DNA of 64,000 nucleotides. Source: Macrostomum hystrix (Eukaryota > Animalia > Platyhelminthes). The notes under the pieces were generated by a model. That model was not told the DNA's origin, did no database searches, and saw only the letters and a list, made by a program, of their open reading frames with translations. Made by a program: the position numbers and the translations under genes. The DNA is taken from positions 21,266,001 to 21,330,000 of the forward strand of contig CATNEN010000038.1 in NCBI GenBank assembly GCA_950097015.1, in the 5' to 3' direction. How positions within the stretch are numbered: position 1 is the stretch's first letter; each line of letters opens with the position of its first letter. This document shows positions 12,319 through 24,799 of the stretch, piece after piece.

Positions 12319-13408
12319 GATTTGTCTATTTGTTGTGCCCACCTAATGCTTTTATCTATGATTTTTTTATCTGAATTTACTTTTAACTGCTTTTAAATCA
12401 ATTTATTGTTTGAATTATGCATCATCAAATTGCATTTGTAATTAAAATGAGCAATGAACAAATAGTAAAGATCATCATATTAAATTGAATAGGCCAATTG
12501 TGATACTTTTGTGCAAATTGTCATCATCATATGATGTTTTAGAATATGACGATTTGATCTGTACCCTGATCACTGTGACACAGCTGTATTATTTTCCACA
12601 TGCTTTCAGTTTCTGATTCTATATTTGAGCCCTAGGCCTACTCAGGCCTAATTAAAAAAATTGACAAGTAAACAAATTAAATGTTTAAAACTTAATAAAA
12701 AGTGGAAAATAATTAAAAAATCAAATTTAATTAAATTAAATATATAGGATAGGCTACCAAGCCATTTATTTAACTATAGGGCCTAGACTTGATATTTATA
12801 GGCCTAGTTTCAACTTCAGCCCTAGTCTTACACTCTTACTGCTTAGCAAGGTTCTAGATATTTTAAGTTAATTTAGTTTTTCATAAAGATATCTCTCTCT
12901 GTCTGTCAGTAGGGCCTAAGGTAGTTTCCACGGTAAGCATAATCACGAGTTTTTTCCAACCAATACTTGGCATGCTGCATGCATTGGCGGCATTGGCCCT
13001 TGGCTCGCCCGCACTAGTTAGGACACCACGAGTTTCTTAAATTACAATCCTTTGTCATATTGTTGTAATCGCCAAGCGCATTAAAATCTATCCTCATGAT
13101 AATTGCAAAAGTGGCATGGGTCATTAATTACAACTAACTTGCCACTTTTGACTTGCACTTGCGGTTGCGGCTAGCCCGATGACAACAATAAATTAAGGCA
13201 TGCGACGACTAGGCCTAGAAGTCGTGTTGCGAAAATAATATTAGATCAACATTTTTGGAATTTACTTAGCATTTTGAACAATCAAACAAGTAAAAGTGTT
13301 TACCCCTGTTGCGATATTTTTTTCGTGGTTTTGAAGATCTAAACGCTTGTCAAACTGCATAATTTGTTAAACTGTTCCCTTCGTCTAAACAAAGTAAATG
13401 GAGTTTTA

Positions 13409-13418
13409 TTTTCCCGCC
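13409..13418 (+). promoter_or_regulatory. Candidate E2F site in the divergent GGNBP2/LIN54 intergenic region
   Basis: ttttcccgcc matches the TTTSSCGC consensus inside a locally CpG-richer patch. CHR-like TTTGAA at 13330-13335. Motif match only. Confidence 0.3.
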
Positions 13419-14250
13419 GGCGCCGTTTTGCTTTTTAGAAGATTAGCCTAGCCTGTAGCCTACAGGGCTAATGAAGTCCAGGTCCACCGTTTGGAGTATT
13501 CAACGCTGCGACATTGTTTATGATTAATATTATTTTAAAGTATGTTGGCTTCCATTTTTATATTAGGCCTAGTTTATTTATTTACAGTAACTTTTTGGAA
13601 ATGCATAGGCCCTACAGTTTGATTGGCATGGGATTGCATACCATTTATAGGGCCTAGAGCCTAGGCATTTACCTATGGCATTACTTGTCCCTGGCGAAAA
13701 ATTCGGTTTTTATTGTAACCACTAATTGCGAAGCTACTCTAGAGTCTTTATGAAAAAGGCCGAAAGTAGGGCGAAACTCTTTCATTTATTGTCTATTCAC
13801 TGCACTGTCTGCACACACACTGCACAGCAGACATTCATTACAAAGAATTAGCTGTCTTGTGTATTTGCAGTCAGTCTGCATGGCATAGCCAGTGCTACTA
13901 AGCTTATGCCTACAGGTTACATGGCACAGATTGCAAATCAAAAACATTTATTGTTTATCTGTGTTGACCTATATATACATTTAGGCTCTATATATACATT
14001 TAGATTTTTATCTTTTTTTATCCATTGAAGTGCAGTCTATTACTATAGGCCTAGATAGTTAATTGTGGTGTTTAGGCCTATATGGACCATCATGTAACAA
14101 AGTGCAAATTAGTACTCCATGCCACATTTTAAAATTTATATAGGCCTATGATAGCATAGCAATAGATAGTGCAGTTTCATCCATAAAGACCATAGTCTAT
14201 ATCATGTAGGTAGTGCACACTGGAATTTTCAGTAGTAACATACTTGAGTA

Positions 14251-14893
14251 GGGTAATGTATCATCAACCAAACAGTGTATCTTCAAAACCGAACAAGAAT
14301 TTTGACTCCTTCCTTGGTCTCGTGCAAAACAGAAACAAGCTATTGTGTTTCACAGAACAACTAATTTGAAAGTTGAAGAAATTATCTACAAGCTGAGGCA
14401 TGATGTGCAATGAAGCATTAAGAGGAAAGAAAGATATTGATGTTTCAGTAGAAATTTTTATTACAAAATCATACTTTTTAACAACATTTTTTCAGTATGT
14501 ACTTTAGACAAAGATTGTATGTGGTTGCTTGCCAATTAAATGACCATAAATGTAGTTACTTATAGAGCATGAAAAATGCTTTCAAATGACATAATTCATG
14601 ATAGTTCACTCCTTAAAATAAGATTAAACCACTCACTCAAATTTTAAAACCAAACATCAAATTCTCTGTTTGGTTTGAAGATATATGAAAATCATTGTTC
14701 GGTTTTAGATAAAAAGCAGGAATAACTTTTTTTCTATTTGACAAATTAGCAAAAGCAGATACTTTTTAGAAAGATGTAACTGTTTTCTATAACTTGGCTT
14801 TTGATTTATAATCATATTTTAAATAGAAAATCTGTAGCTTAGGTTTGAAGTTAAAAAAATACACATTCTTGTTTGGTTGATGATACATTACCC
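14251..14893. mobile_element. MITE (non-autonomous DNA transposon)
   Basis: Perfect 24-bp TIR gggtaatgtatcatcaaccaaaca / tgtttggttgatgatacattaccc, flanked by TA on both sides. AT-rich non-coding interior with repeated aaaccRaaca motifs. Confidence 0.85.
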
Positions 14894-15630
14894 TAACATA
14901 TGACTATAACAAAATATTCTGTTAGCTATGTAAACTTTTATAATCCTTTCAAATTATACTATTGTATAAATACTTGGAATTAATTAGTTGTTATACAATC
15001 CATTGCTTTTATAGTATACAATGTAAACAACTTGGTTCATTTTACTTAAAAAATACAATTATATTTTTGTCCTGATCCTGATATGCATGTTTCTACAAGG
15101 TTTCTACATAACCTCATATATGCCACACTAGGCCTAGCATGCAATTTAAAAAGTAAGTCTAACCTAGGCTTACAATTTTTTTCCATTTTTTCTAGCTTGC
15201 ATGCAACATGGTCTTGATTTGGGTTAGATTCAGACAATTATTCAGAAAATATCATTAAATATGAGTATATAGTCTTCTAAAAAGCTTTTTATAATATAAA
15301 AATGTTTATATGTACATAAAAGGTGTAGATGAGATGATTTGATTATTAGACATTGACAGACACTCCCATTGTGCTTTAGGAGGTATAGAGGTATAGTTGA
15401 TTTATTTTGATTGTATGGCAACCCTTTATATAGCTGTTAAAATATATATCTAGATTTGCTAAGAACTGTAAAGCAGATTCAGTTCAGGGTCAGAATATTT
15501 AAGCTTTAAATGCCCTTTATTTGTGCAAAGTGTACTTAGTCTTCATTCATTTTTCAGCTAGCATATGTCAGTTAGTCGTTGCATAGAAATTATAAACTAA
15601 GATTAGCTAAATTAAGTGAAGCAATAAATA

Positions 15631-16912
15631 ATGCAGCGCCTAGTCCAACAGAGCGACATCATCCGACCAAGCATGGTGCTGCCTGATGATCCAGAAGGCC
15701 AGCTTCAGTATGTGGTTCTGCCGGAGCCATCCAGCTCTGGCATGCATCACCACCTGCAGCAACAGCAGCAGCAGCACGCCGGAATGTACAATCCGATCTC
15801 TTATGGCGTTGGCACTTTAGCCAGGAAACGCTCTGAGCCGCGAATTCCTCGCAATTTTTACCAGGCCAACGCGGCTGCCGCCGCCGCAGCCGCAGCTGCC
15901 ACCGGAGGGCCGCCCTCTGGCGAATTTCGCGGCTGCAATTGCAACAAGAGTCACTGTTTAAAGCTCTACTGCGAGTGCTTTTCGGAGGGCCAACTGTGCC
16001 ACAATTGCAACTGTAACGGCTGCATGAACAATCTCGATTTCGAACAGGTTCGCCAGAAGGCCATTAAATCTGTTCTAAATCGCAATCCGTTTGCTTTCCA
16101 TCCAAAAATTGGCAAAGGCGAAGGCGAGCGCCGGCATAATAAAGGCTGCAATTGTAAGCGCAGCGGCTGCTTGAAAAACTACTGCGAGTGCTACGAGGCT
16201 AAGATTAGCTGCACTAATATGTGCCGCTGTCAGGGCTGCAAGAACACCGAGGAGAGCGTCCATCGGCGCTGTCTGAACAAGTTTATGGAGGCCACTGTCA
16301 AGACCAGTAAGCCGGAGACTGGATATAGGCGAAACGAGCAGCCTAATGATAAGTGAGTTTATTGTTTTTTGTTTGATTGGTTGCTTGGCAACTGCTTGGC
16401 AAAGGTGGGTAAATTAGGTGCCTTAGCAACAGCCTAGCAACTTTAAAGGACTAAGGCAAATGTTAGCTTCTTGCATAGTGAGCAGTGCTCAAACTTAAGC
16501 CATTCCATTTTGCAGCACGGTGGCTGACTTTCTTACCAAGCCGGTGCTAGAAGGCGTCTCCACCTGTTTAGTTGGCCGCGCCGATCTAGCCGAGAAGGCC
16601 GAAGATCTGCCAGCAGCTCAGGAGCGGGCCATACTCCAGGAATTCGGCGACTGCCTTCTGCAGGTGATCGATGGTGCTGCCAACAGTCGGCCAGTTAGCT
16701 CCGCCGCCATGTCGGGCTTGCATCACGGAATCTCTTCTACATCCTATCACCAACAGCAACAGCAGCATCGCAGGCCTAGTGACGTCGGCGTTGGAGCTGC
16801 CAGCTCTAGCCTAGCCATTGGTGGCTTATCGAGCAGTCAGCAGCAGCAGTTGGACTATGTGGCCGCTGGTCATTTAAAGTCGGAACAGGTCGTTATCGTT
16901 GACGTCATCTAA
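15631..16912 (+). CDS. LIN54: Protein lin-54 homolog (tesmin/TSO1 CXC-hinge-CXC, MuvB/DREAM subunit)
   Basis: Exons 15631-16352 and 16516-16912 (phase 2, gtgagt...ttgcag). Two CXC domains [16 protein letters not shown] and [19 protein letters not shown], hinge [11 protein letters not shown]-terminal FLTKPVLE...[12 protein letters not shown]. Upstream acceptor ttttcag at 15557. Confidence 0.92.
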
Positions 16913-17569
16913 TGATCTCAGCAAAATTATGTTTGCTTTTACTTTTTTTGTAACGATTTACAGCCGAAACGTCGTTGTATGGTTATTTTGGAATAAAGTT
17001 GGCAAAATGTGTGCGTATGTTACTACTAGTTTTAAGTCATCATTTTATTCGTATTTAATTATTAATGTTCTTCAGTGCAAACTAATGTATGGTTGCTTTG
17101 TTTACCCTTACTCTATATGTTGTCCACAATTTTACTACTCTTTGTTGTGTCATGTTACATCTAAAAAACCAGTGCAGCTCTACTTTCCAATCGATTGTTA
17201 TTAATGCCTTAATTATGTCACCAAATCTTTGTATAAAAATAATTCATTATTAATCGCCCACTTATCAGTACAGTATTTAGCATGTTCGCTTCATTTTTTG
17301 CATATACTACTAACCACTTTTTCTAAGTAGTCTGGTGTGAATTTGGATTTCTAGTATGAAATTGAAAGTCAAGCATTGTTATTTTCTTAGTAATTGGCAC
17401 TTTTTCTTCATCAATTAATAGTTTTATACTCACAAATTTGTTAGTAATTAAATACTTAAAAACACTTGTTCGTTATTTTCATAATAAAAATTGGCGATAT
17501 AATGGTGGTTCTTCGCGTGAATTTTCTTTTTTTTCTAAGATTTTTTATTTGCGGAAAAGTGAATAAAAT

Positions 17570-17980
17570 CTCTCCCGTGCCTCTTCCTTCCCGTGCCTCA
17601 TCTCTCCCGTGTCTCATCTCTCCCGTGTCTCTTCTTTCCCGTGTCTCATCTCTCCCCAGTCTCATCTCCCCCTGTGTCTCATCTCACCCTGTGTCTCATC
17701 TCTCCCGTGTCTCATCTCTCCCGTGTCTCTACCTTCCCGTGTTTCATCTCTTCCCTGTCTTATCTCTTCCTTGTCTTATCTCTCCCCTGTCTTATCTCCC
17801 GTGTCTCATCTCTCCCCGTGTCTCATCTCACCCTGTGTCTCATCTCTCCCCGTGTCTCATCTCTCCCCGTGTCTCATATCTCCTGTTTCTCATCTATCCC
17901 CGTGTCTCATCCTTCCCGTGTCTTATCTCTCCTCTGTCTCATCTCTACCCCAGTCTTATCTCTCCGTTGTCTTATCTTTC
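17570..17980 (-). repeat. 17-18-bp GA-rich minisatellite related to the hAT MITE interior
   Basis: Unit ccgtgtctcatctctcc, the reverse complement of ggagagatgagacacgg. Confidence 0.9.
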
Positions 17981-18071
17981 CCTTTCAGTCTAGTCTTCTA
18001 GATTATTCATTTATGCATCCATTGACCCATTGTAATTGAAGTATATATTATTTCGCAGCAGTGCAACAGTC

Positions 18072-20664
18072 ATGCACATACCTGTTGCTCTCTCCGACGA
18101 CGAAGAAGCACATGGCAATATCAATGCCAACAACAACAGCTGTAGCGACGACGACAACGAGGAACCGCCGCGGCTCAGTCCGCAGCGTCAGCAATATCTA
18201 CCATCAGGCGAAGGTGAGAGCGACGATGATCTGGAAGATCACGAAGCAGCTGCTGGTGGCGACATCGACTCAGAGGAAACCATATCGGCGAGTTCCTCAT
18301 TCCAAAGAACTCCTCCAGCTTCTGCTGATTCGTCCGTGACCAAAAAGCCTCGACTGATTGAACAGTGGCAACGGCATAGGAGCGATTCGGAGGGATCTAC
18401 TTCGGCTGCTGCTGCCTCTGGTGCTAGCTTTTATCAAATCATGGCACCTGGTGGCATTGTGAGTTCATTGCACATGCCAGATTTTCAGAACCTCAGTTCA
18501 TCAGTCTATTCCCTCCAGACCCTCAGTTCATCAGTCTATTCCCTCTATACCCTCAGTTCATCAGTCTATTCCCTCCATACCCTCAGTTCATCAGTCTATT
18601 CCCTCCATACCCTCAGTTCATCAGTCTATTCCCTCCAGACCCTCAGTTCATCAGTCTATTCCCTCCAGACCCTCAGTTCATCAGTCTATTCCCTCCTGAC
18701 CCTCAGTTCATCAGTCTATTCCCTCCTGACCCTCAGTTCATCAGTCTATTCCCTCCAGATCCTCAGTTCATCAGTCTATTCCCTCCATACCCTCAGTTCA
18801 TCAGTCTATTCCCTCCAGATCCTCAGTTCATCAGTCTATTCCCTCCTGACCCTCAGTTCATCAGTCTATTCCCTCCTGACCCTCAGTTCATCAGTCTATT
18901 CCCTCCAGATCCTCAGTTCATCAGTCTATTCCCTCCTGACCCTCAGTTCATCAGTCTATTCCCTCCTGACCCTCAGTTCATCAGTCTATTCCCTCCATAC
19001 CCTCAGTTCATCAGTCTATTCCCTCTATACCCTCAGTTCATCAGTCTATTCCCTCCTGACCCTCAGTTCATCAGTCTATTCCCTCCATACCCTCAGTTCA
19101 TCAGTCTATTCCCTCCTGACCCTCAGTTCATCAGTCTATTCCCTCCTGACCCTCAGTTCATCAGTCTATTCCCTCCAGACCCTCAGTTCATCAGTCTATT
19201 CCCTCCAGACCCTCAGTTCATCAGTCTATTCCCTCCTGACCCTCAGTTCATCAGTCTATTCCCTCCTGACCCTCAGTTCATCAGTCTATTCCCTCCAGAC
19301 CCTTTCCCTCCAGACCCTCAGTTCTAGATCTAGAAGCATAGCTCGCTTTGCCTGTCATTTACAGGGCAGTGCAGGTGGCAGGTCTCAATTAAACCTCGCC
19401 TATCCCGGCGCTACTGCCCAGTCTAGCTACCAACCGCTTGAATCGGACGAAGAAGAGTCAGAAATTTGCGTCACCAAGATCGAGCCGCCAACAATTGTGT
19501 CGCCGTCGCAACCCCAGTTGCAGATTCAGCAGCAGCAACAGGCACAGATTTTAACGAATTCGGCGACAACTGCGCCTCTCAGCTTCGCCATCCCTGCTCA
19601 AATCCAGACTCCCCAGGGCCTCATCACTATTAATCTGCTGATTGCGCCCCAGGCTTCTATGCCAGTTAGCCAGCTGTCATCGTTGCAGCAACAGCAGCAG
19701 CAGCAGCAGATGCTTCTTTTGCAACAGCAACAACAACAGTTGCTATTTGGACAGCAACAGTTTCTGCAGCAGCAGCAGCACCAGCACCAGCCAACTATCG
19801 CCAACGTGCAGTCGGTTTCATCGGCCAATAAGAAACGACCAGCTGCTTCTACCTCGTCAGTTTTTTCGGCAACTTCTTCGACCGCATCGCTGGCTAATAG
19901 GGCCGCGTCTTCGGATGCTGGCGGTGTGGTTTCGGTGAGTGATCTAATGCCAATAGAAAGTTGACATTTCAAATCAACTAATCATTGTAATTTCAATCTA
20001 TTGGAATTAGGCTTAGATTTATACATAAGGATAGGTAAGGACATTTGGTTACTTAGGGATTGGTATTTTTTACTACTTTTGAAGGGATTGGGATTTCTAG
20101 TTACGTAGGAAGGGATCTATCTACTTAAGAAGGGATTTAGCTACTTAAGAAGGGATTTAGCTACTTAAGAAGGGATCTAGATACTTAAGAAGGGATCTAG
20201 CTACTTAAGAAGGGATCTAGCTACTTAAAAAGGGATCCATCTACTTAAGAAGGGATCTAGCTACTTAAGAAGGGATCTAGCTACTTAGAAAATGATTGGG
20301 ATTTCTGCTTAAAAATAACCACTGTAGTTGCCATGGTAACTAATAAAACGCACTGGAACGATTTTGGCCAAATCAGGCTAGCAGCAGCTACCGAGCCGAA
20401 AAGGAGCAGCTATATGCTAATCTTCTGCGCTTATTTGAGAAGGCCAGAAATCGCGGCGCCCGACTAATAGCTGAACTGCGCCAACTGAGACGATGCGTGG
20501 GCGGCAACGAGGTGCTGATCGACCGTCTGGCTGAGTTCGCCCGCGCCCTTGGCACCAGCGACCATCTGAGCTCTGAGACTCGAGCGGAACTGCTTCAGCT
20601 GCTGGCCGAGGCTCGCGAATGCCTGGCAGCTGCCAATTCCGGCGCAGCCGTCGACTACGATTGA
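18072..20664 (+). CDS. Uncharacterised low-complexity protein (acidic N-terminus, polyQ, C-terminal helical/coiled-coil region), 3 exons
   Basis: Exons 18072-18458, 19365-19934, 20377-20664, with gtgagt donors and ttacag/aatcag acceptors, all phase 0. Exon 3 (ASSSYRAEKEQLYANLLRLFEKARNRGARLIAELRQLRR...VDYD*) is absent from the ORF track but open and GC-rich. No family recognised. Confidence 0.75.
18487..19325. repeat. 30-bp minisatellite in intron 1 of the 18072-20664 gene
   Basis: Unit cctcagttcatcagtctattccctccWKac, about 27 copies. Confidence 0.95.
20110..20287. repeat. 20-bp minisatellite in intron 2 of the 18072-20664 gene
   Basis: Unit ctacttaagaagggatctag. Confidence 0.9.
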
Positions 20665-20794
20665 CGCCTGCAATGGATGCTTTGCTGGTACATTGGCATT
20701 TTAACTGTCATCACGGCTTTGAGCAGTGCTCATTGGCCTCGCTTGTCCTTCAAGTCTGCAATGATTACTGCGCGTTAGATTTCCCCATTCCCGT

Positions 20795-21737
20795 CTCCTG
20801 ACACTTTACTGTAGCTTATCAGTATCTCCTGACACTTTACTATAGGTTATCACTATCTCCTGACACTTTACTATAGGTTATCACTATCTCCTGACACTTT
20901 ACTATAGGTTATCACTATCTCCTGACACTTTACTATAGGCTATCACTATCTCCTGACACTTTACTATAGGTTATCACTATCTCCTGACACTTTACTATAG
21001 GCTATCACTATCTCCTGACACTTTACTATAGGCTATCACTATCTCCTGACACTTTACTATAGGTCATCACTATATCCTGACACTTTACTATAGGCTATCA
21101 CTATATCCTGACACTTTACTATAGGCTATCACTATATCCTGACACTTTACTATAGGTTATCACTATATCCTGACACTTTACTATAGGCTATCACTATATC
21201 CTGACACTTTACTATAGGCTATCACTATCTCCTGACACTTTACTATAGGTTATCACTATCTCCTGACACTTTACTATAGGCTATCACTATCTCCTGACAC
21301 TTTACTATAGGCTATCACTATCTCCTGACACTTTACTATAGGTCATCACTATATCCTGACACTTTACTATAGGCTATCACTATATCCTGACACTTTACTA
21401 TAGGCTATCACTATATCCTGACACTTTACTATAGGTTATCACTATATCCTGACACTTTACTATAGGCTATCACTATCTCCTGACACTTTACTATAGGTTA
21501 TCACTATCTCCTGACACTTTACTATAGGCTATCACTATCTCCTGACACTTTACTATAGGCTATCACTATCTCCTGACACTTTACTATAGGTCATCACTAT
21601 ATCCTGACACTTTACTATAGGCTATCACTATATCCTGACACTTTACTATAGGCTATCACTATCTCCTGACACTTTACTATAGGTTATCACTATATCCTGA
21701 CACTTTACTATAGGCTATCACTATCTCCTGACACTTT
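20795..21737. repeat. 31-bp minisatellite
   Basis: Unit cctgacactttactataggYtatcactatMt, about 30 copies. Confidence 0.95.
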
Positions 21738-22500
21738 TTCCATCACCTGAAATTCTACCACTCGACCAAACTTTCAGATGAGATAATTGTACTCCTAAGA
21801 TATCATTGAACGCTTAATCTGTATTTTCATAAAAAATGGTTCAGTCCTACCTTGTAATCAAGCCAAATCGATCATCGGTGGCAGTAGACGTTTAACAAAA
21901 TTAATTTGTATGTGTATATATACACCTGTAAATAGCAGTTGACTTGTGCCTCACTATAAAATATACGTGTCACCGTTAATGCAAAAGTTGTAGACAAATT
22001 GCACATACGCAGAGTCATGCATGCAACATTGATCGAATGTGCCTACAATCGAATTGTTTATATCACTACTAGTAGTAGCTAGATTAAACTGCATATGCAA
22101 TCCACTTTGCTAAAGACTCAATTTGTGATTAAGAATAGACATTAAGGATTGATTCATTAAGGATAGACGGGAAACTGCGTTTCTTAAAAAATTATTGAAG
22201 GCAGGTTTCGCGAAAACAAAAATACACTACGGAGATAGGAAAATTTCACTTTTTCCAGATTTAAATTGACAGCTTTTGATTGGAAGCAGAAACAAACCTG
22301 TTCTTTTGATATACCTTGCCAAACATGTTGCTCCACCGAATGTTATAAAGTTTTGTACATGACAAATGAATCCTCATACGGTTTTCCTTACTAAATAACG
22401 TATCATAAGTCTGACATTTAATACACTACAGACTAGTAAAATTAGCTTGACCTTATACCTGCGTTCCTCTTGCAATAAAGTATTAATTAATTAATATATA

Positions 22501-24161
22501 CATTTTTTGCAATCTAGTTTGCCATAACCGCAATCAGTTTTGCCCACGGAGAGAATTTACTTGTATCTTTCTAATATCTTGGCTCAGCCTGCCCATTCAT
22601 TGCCATAGTTTGAACCATAGACAAATCCTTGAAACCGCAATCAATTTTGCCAAAACTGCGAGCAAGTTTGCCCAGCGCAAGAATGTCTCAGCGCGGATCT
22701 TATAACAAGATTTCTACGAAGGACCGGCAGCGCTTAATTCAACAGCATTTCAGAACGGAGATGGACTGGCAAGATTTCGGTAGACTTTTGGGCATCGCAC
22801 GAAGAACGTGACCTATATCGTTGGGCGATTTATTGCAAGTGGTCGCATTGATCCTCTTCCTCGCGGAGGTGCCAAACGGAAGTCACTCAGCGATGCTATG
22901 GTGGAGAGAATATGTAATAATGTCCAAAGTAATCAAACAGCAACCTTGCAACAAATGAAGAGCCATCTCAGACAGGAATTTCCAGGCGCCCCCGATGTGA
23001 ACCTCTCAACCATTAGCCGCGCTCTTGACGGCCAGCTAATTACGCTAAAGCTTGCTCGACAAGTGCCCCAGGACTGGAACAACGACATGACAAAGGAGGC
23101 GCGAAGGATGCATGCTCAGTGGCTGCTATAGATGACGGAAGTGTGCGCCATCTTTTGTACCTGGATGAGTTCAGAGTTAACTTGTGGACTGCGCGGACAC
23201 AAGGCAGAGCTCCACGTGGCGATCGGGCCATAACAGTCGTCAATGGCCAGCGTGGACGAAATCTGAGCATTTGTCTGGCGATTTCCCAGGAGCTTGGTCT
23301 TGTGCACTTTGCTCTGGTCGAAGGCGGATTTCGCAGCGAGCACTTCGCCGGATTTTTGTCAGAGATCGATCAGTTGGTCGAGGGAGATTTTTTAGTTCTG
23401 TTTGACGGAGCAAGGGCCCATCTCAACGTTCCTGTGATGTCGAACGGTCATGACTGTCGCTTTCTGCCGCCATATTCACCCTTCATCAACCCAGCCGAGA
23501 GAGCAGGATCAGCACTGAAGGCAGCTTTGAAGCTGAGAATTCAAACGACTGCCATCCAACGGGAAGTCGCTGACAGAAATTTGGCACCGGCAGCGAATGC
23601 CACGATGGAACAGCAGCGCATGTCAGTGCTCAAGCGTGAGGTGGATGCCTCAATGAGCGTCATCACCCAACAGAAGTGCATTCAGTGGGTGAATCATACT
23701 CAAACGTACATTCAGAGGTGTCTGCAGCTAATCGACATCTTTGATTGAATGGCAAGCACCAGACGACTCTATTTGCTCGTATATCAACTTAGTCATTGAT
23801 TTCACAACTCATCGAGTTAATTGTGCATGCAGTGTGTCAGCTCATTCCCTGTTAGTTGTAGTTATTCGTTCTAAAATAAATTCGTTTCAGGCAAACTTGC
23901 TCGCAGTTTTGGCAAAACTGAATGCAGTTTGAAGGATTTGTCTATGGTTCAAACTATGGCAATGAATGGGCAGGCTGAGCCAAGATATAAGAAACATACA
24001 AGTAAATTCTCTCCGTGGGCAAAACTGATTGCAGTTTCAAGGATTTGTCTATGGTTTAAACTATGGCAATGAATGGGCAGGCTGAGCCAAGACCCAAGAT
24101 ATACGAGCGTAAGAAACATACAAGTAAATTCTCTCCGTGGGCAAAATTGATTGCAAAAAGC
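22501..24161 (+). mobile_element. IS630/Tc1/mariner-superfamily DNA transposon with long modular inverted repeats
   Basis: Left arm 22501-22672 and right arm 23890-24161 are inverted and built from a module of about 105 bp (ggcaatgaatgggcaggctgagccaag...aattctctccgtgggcaaaa). TA flanks. Transposase remnants lie between the arms. Confidence 0.85.
22683..23748 (+). pseudogene. IS630/Tc1-like transposase with two frameshifts
   Basis: Three consecutive frames: MSQRGSYNKIST...LLGIARRT, then ...PRGGAKRK...LSTISRAL, then YLDE...LFDGARAH...LPPYSPFINPAE. Frameshifts near 22806 and 23125 could be real or sequencing errors. Confidence 0.8.
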
Positions 24162-24799
24162 TATATTAATTTGTATTGGGTAATTAGTATTATTTTAAAC
24201 CATAGACTACAGATTCGAGGGAAAAATTATTTCTCCGATTGGACTCACAGGCCATGAGTTCCTGTCATTTAGAAACCAAGGACAAATAATAAATTTTGTG
24301 TTTCGAGTATTAAGTTGTCCTTGTTAGAAACTTGTAACTGAAACTTGTCGATTATAGTCTATGGCAAAATCTCGATTGACTGGTTTATTAAATGTTTAAT
24401 TTAATTAAAATGCAAAAAATGTCGCTAATTTTATCATCTTTGTTAGACTGTAAACGACACTTCCGTTGCCATGGTTAGGGAAGTGCTGCTGTCCAATCAC
24501 GATGCAACTGTATGAGATCCTCTTTTTACGATATTATACAATTAAATGTCTAACTTGTATGTGAAAAAAGTGCGTTCCCAGACATGATTTATAGACTATA
24601 GGACGCGGCAACAGTTTTCTAATACTGTTTAACACTACAGCTTCAAGATTAGTAACTGGTAAGTCACCACTTTACCAATCTAAATATCTAAGTTAGTGCC
24701 TGATGTTGCTGGATCATTCATTTAGGAGCTTGAGCACCTAAATCTTCACACAAATCGCAATCCATCTCTCATAACACTTAAAAGTTTGTCTGCTGACAG

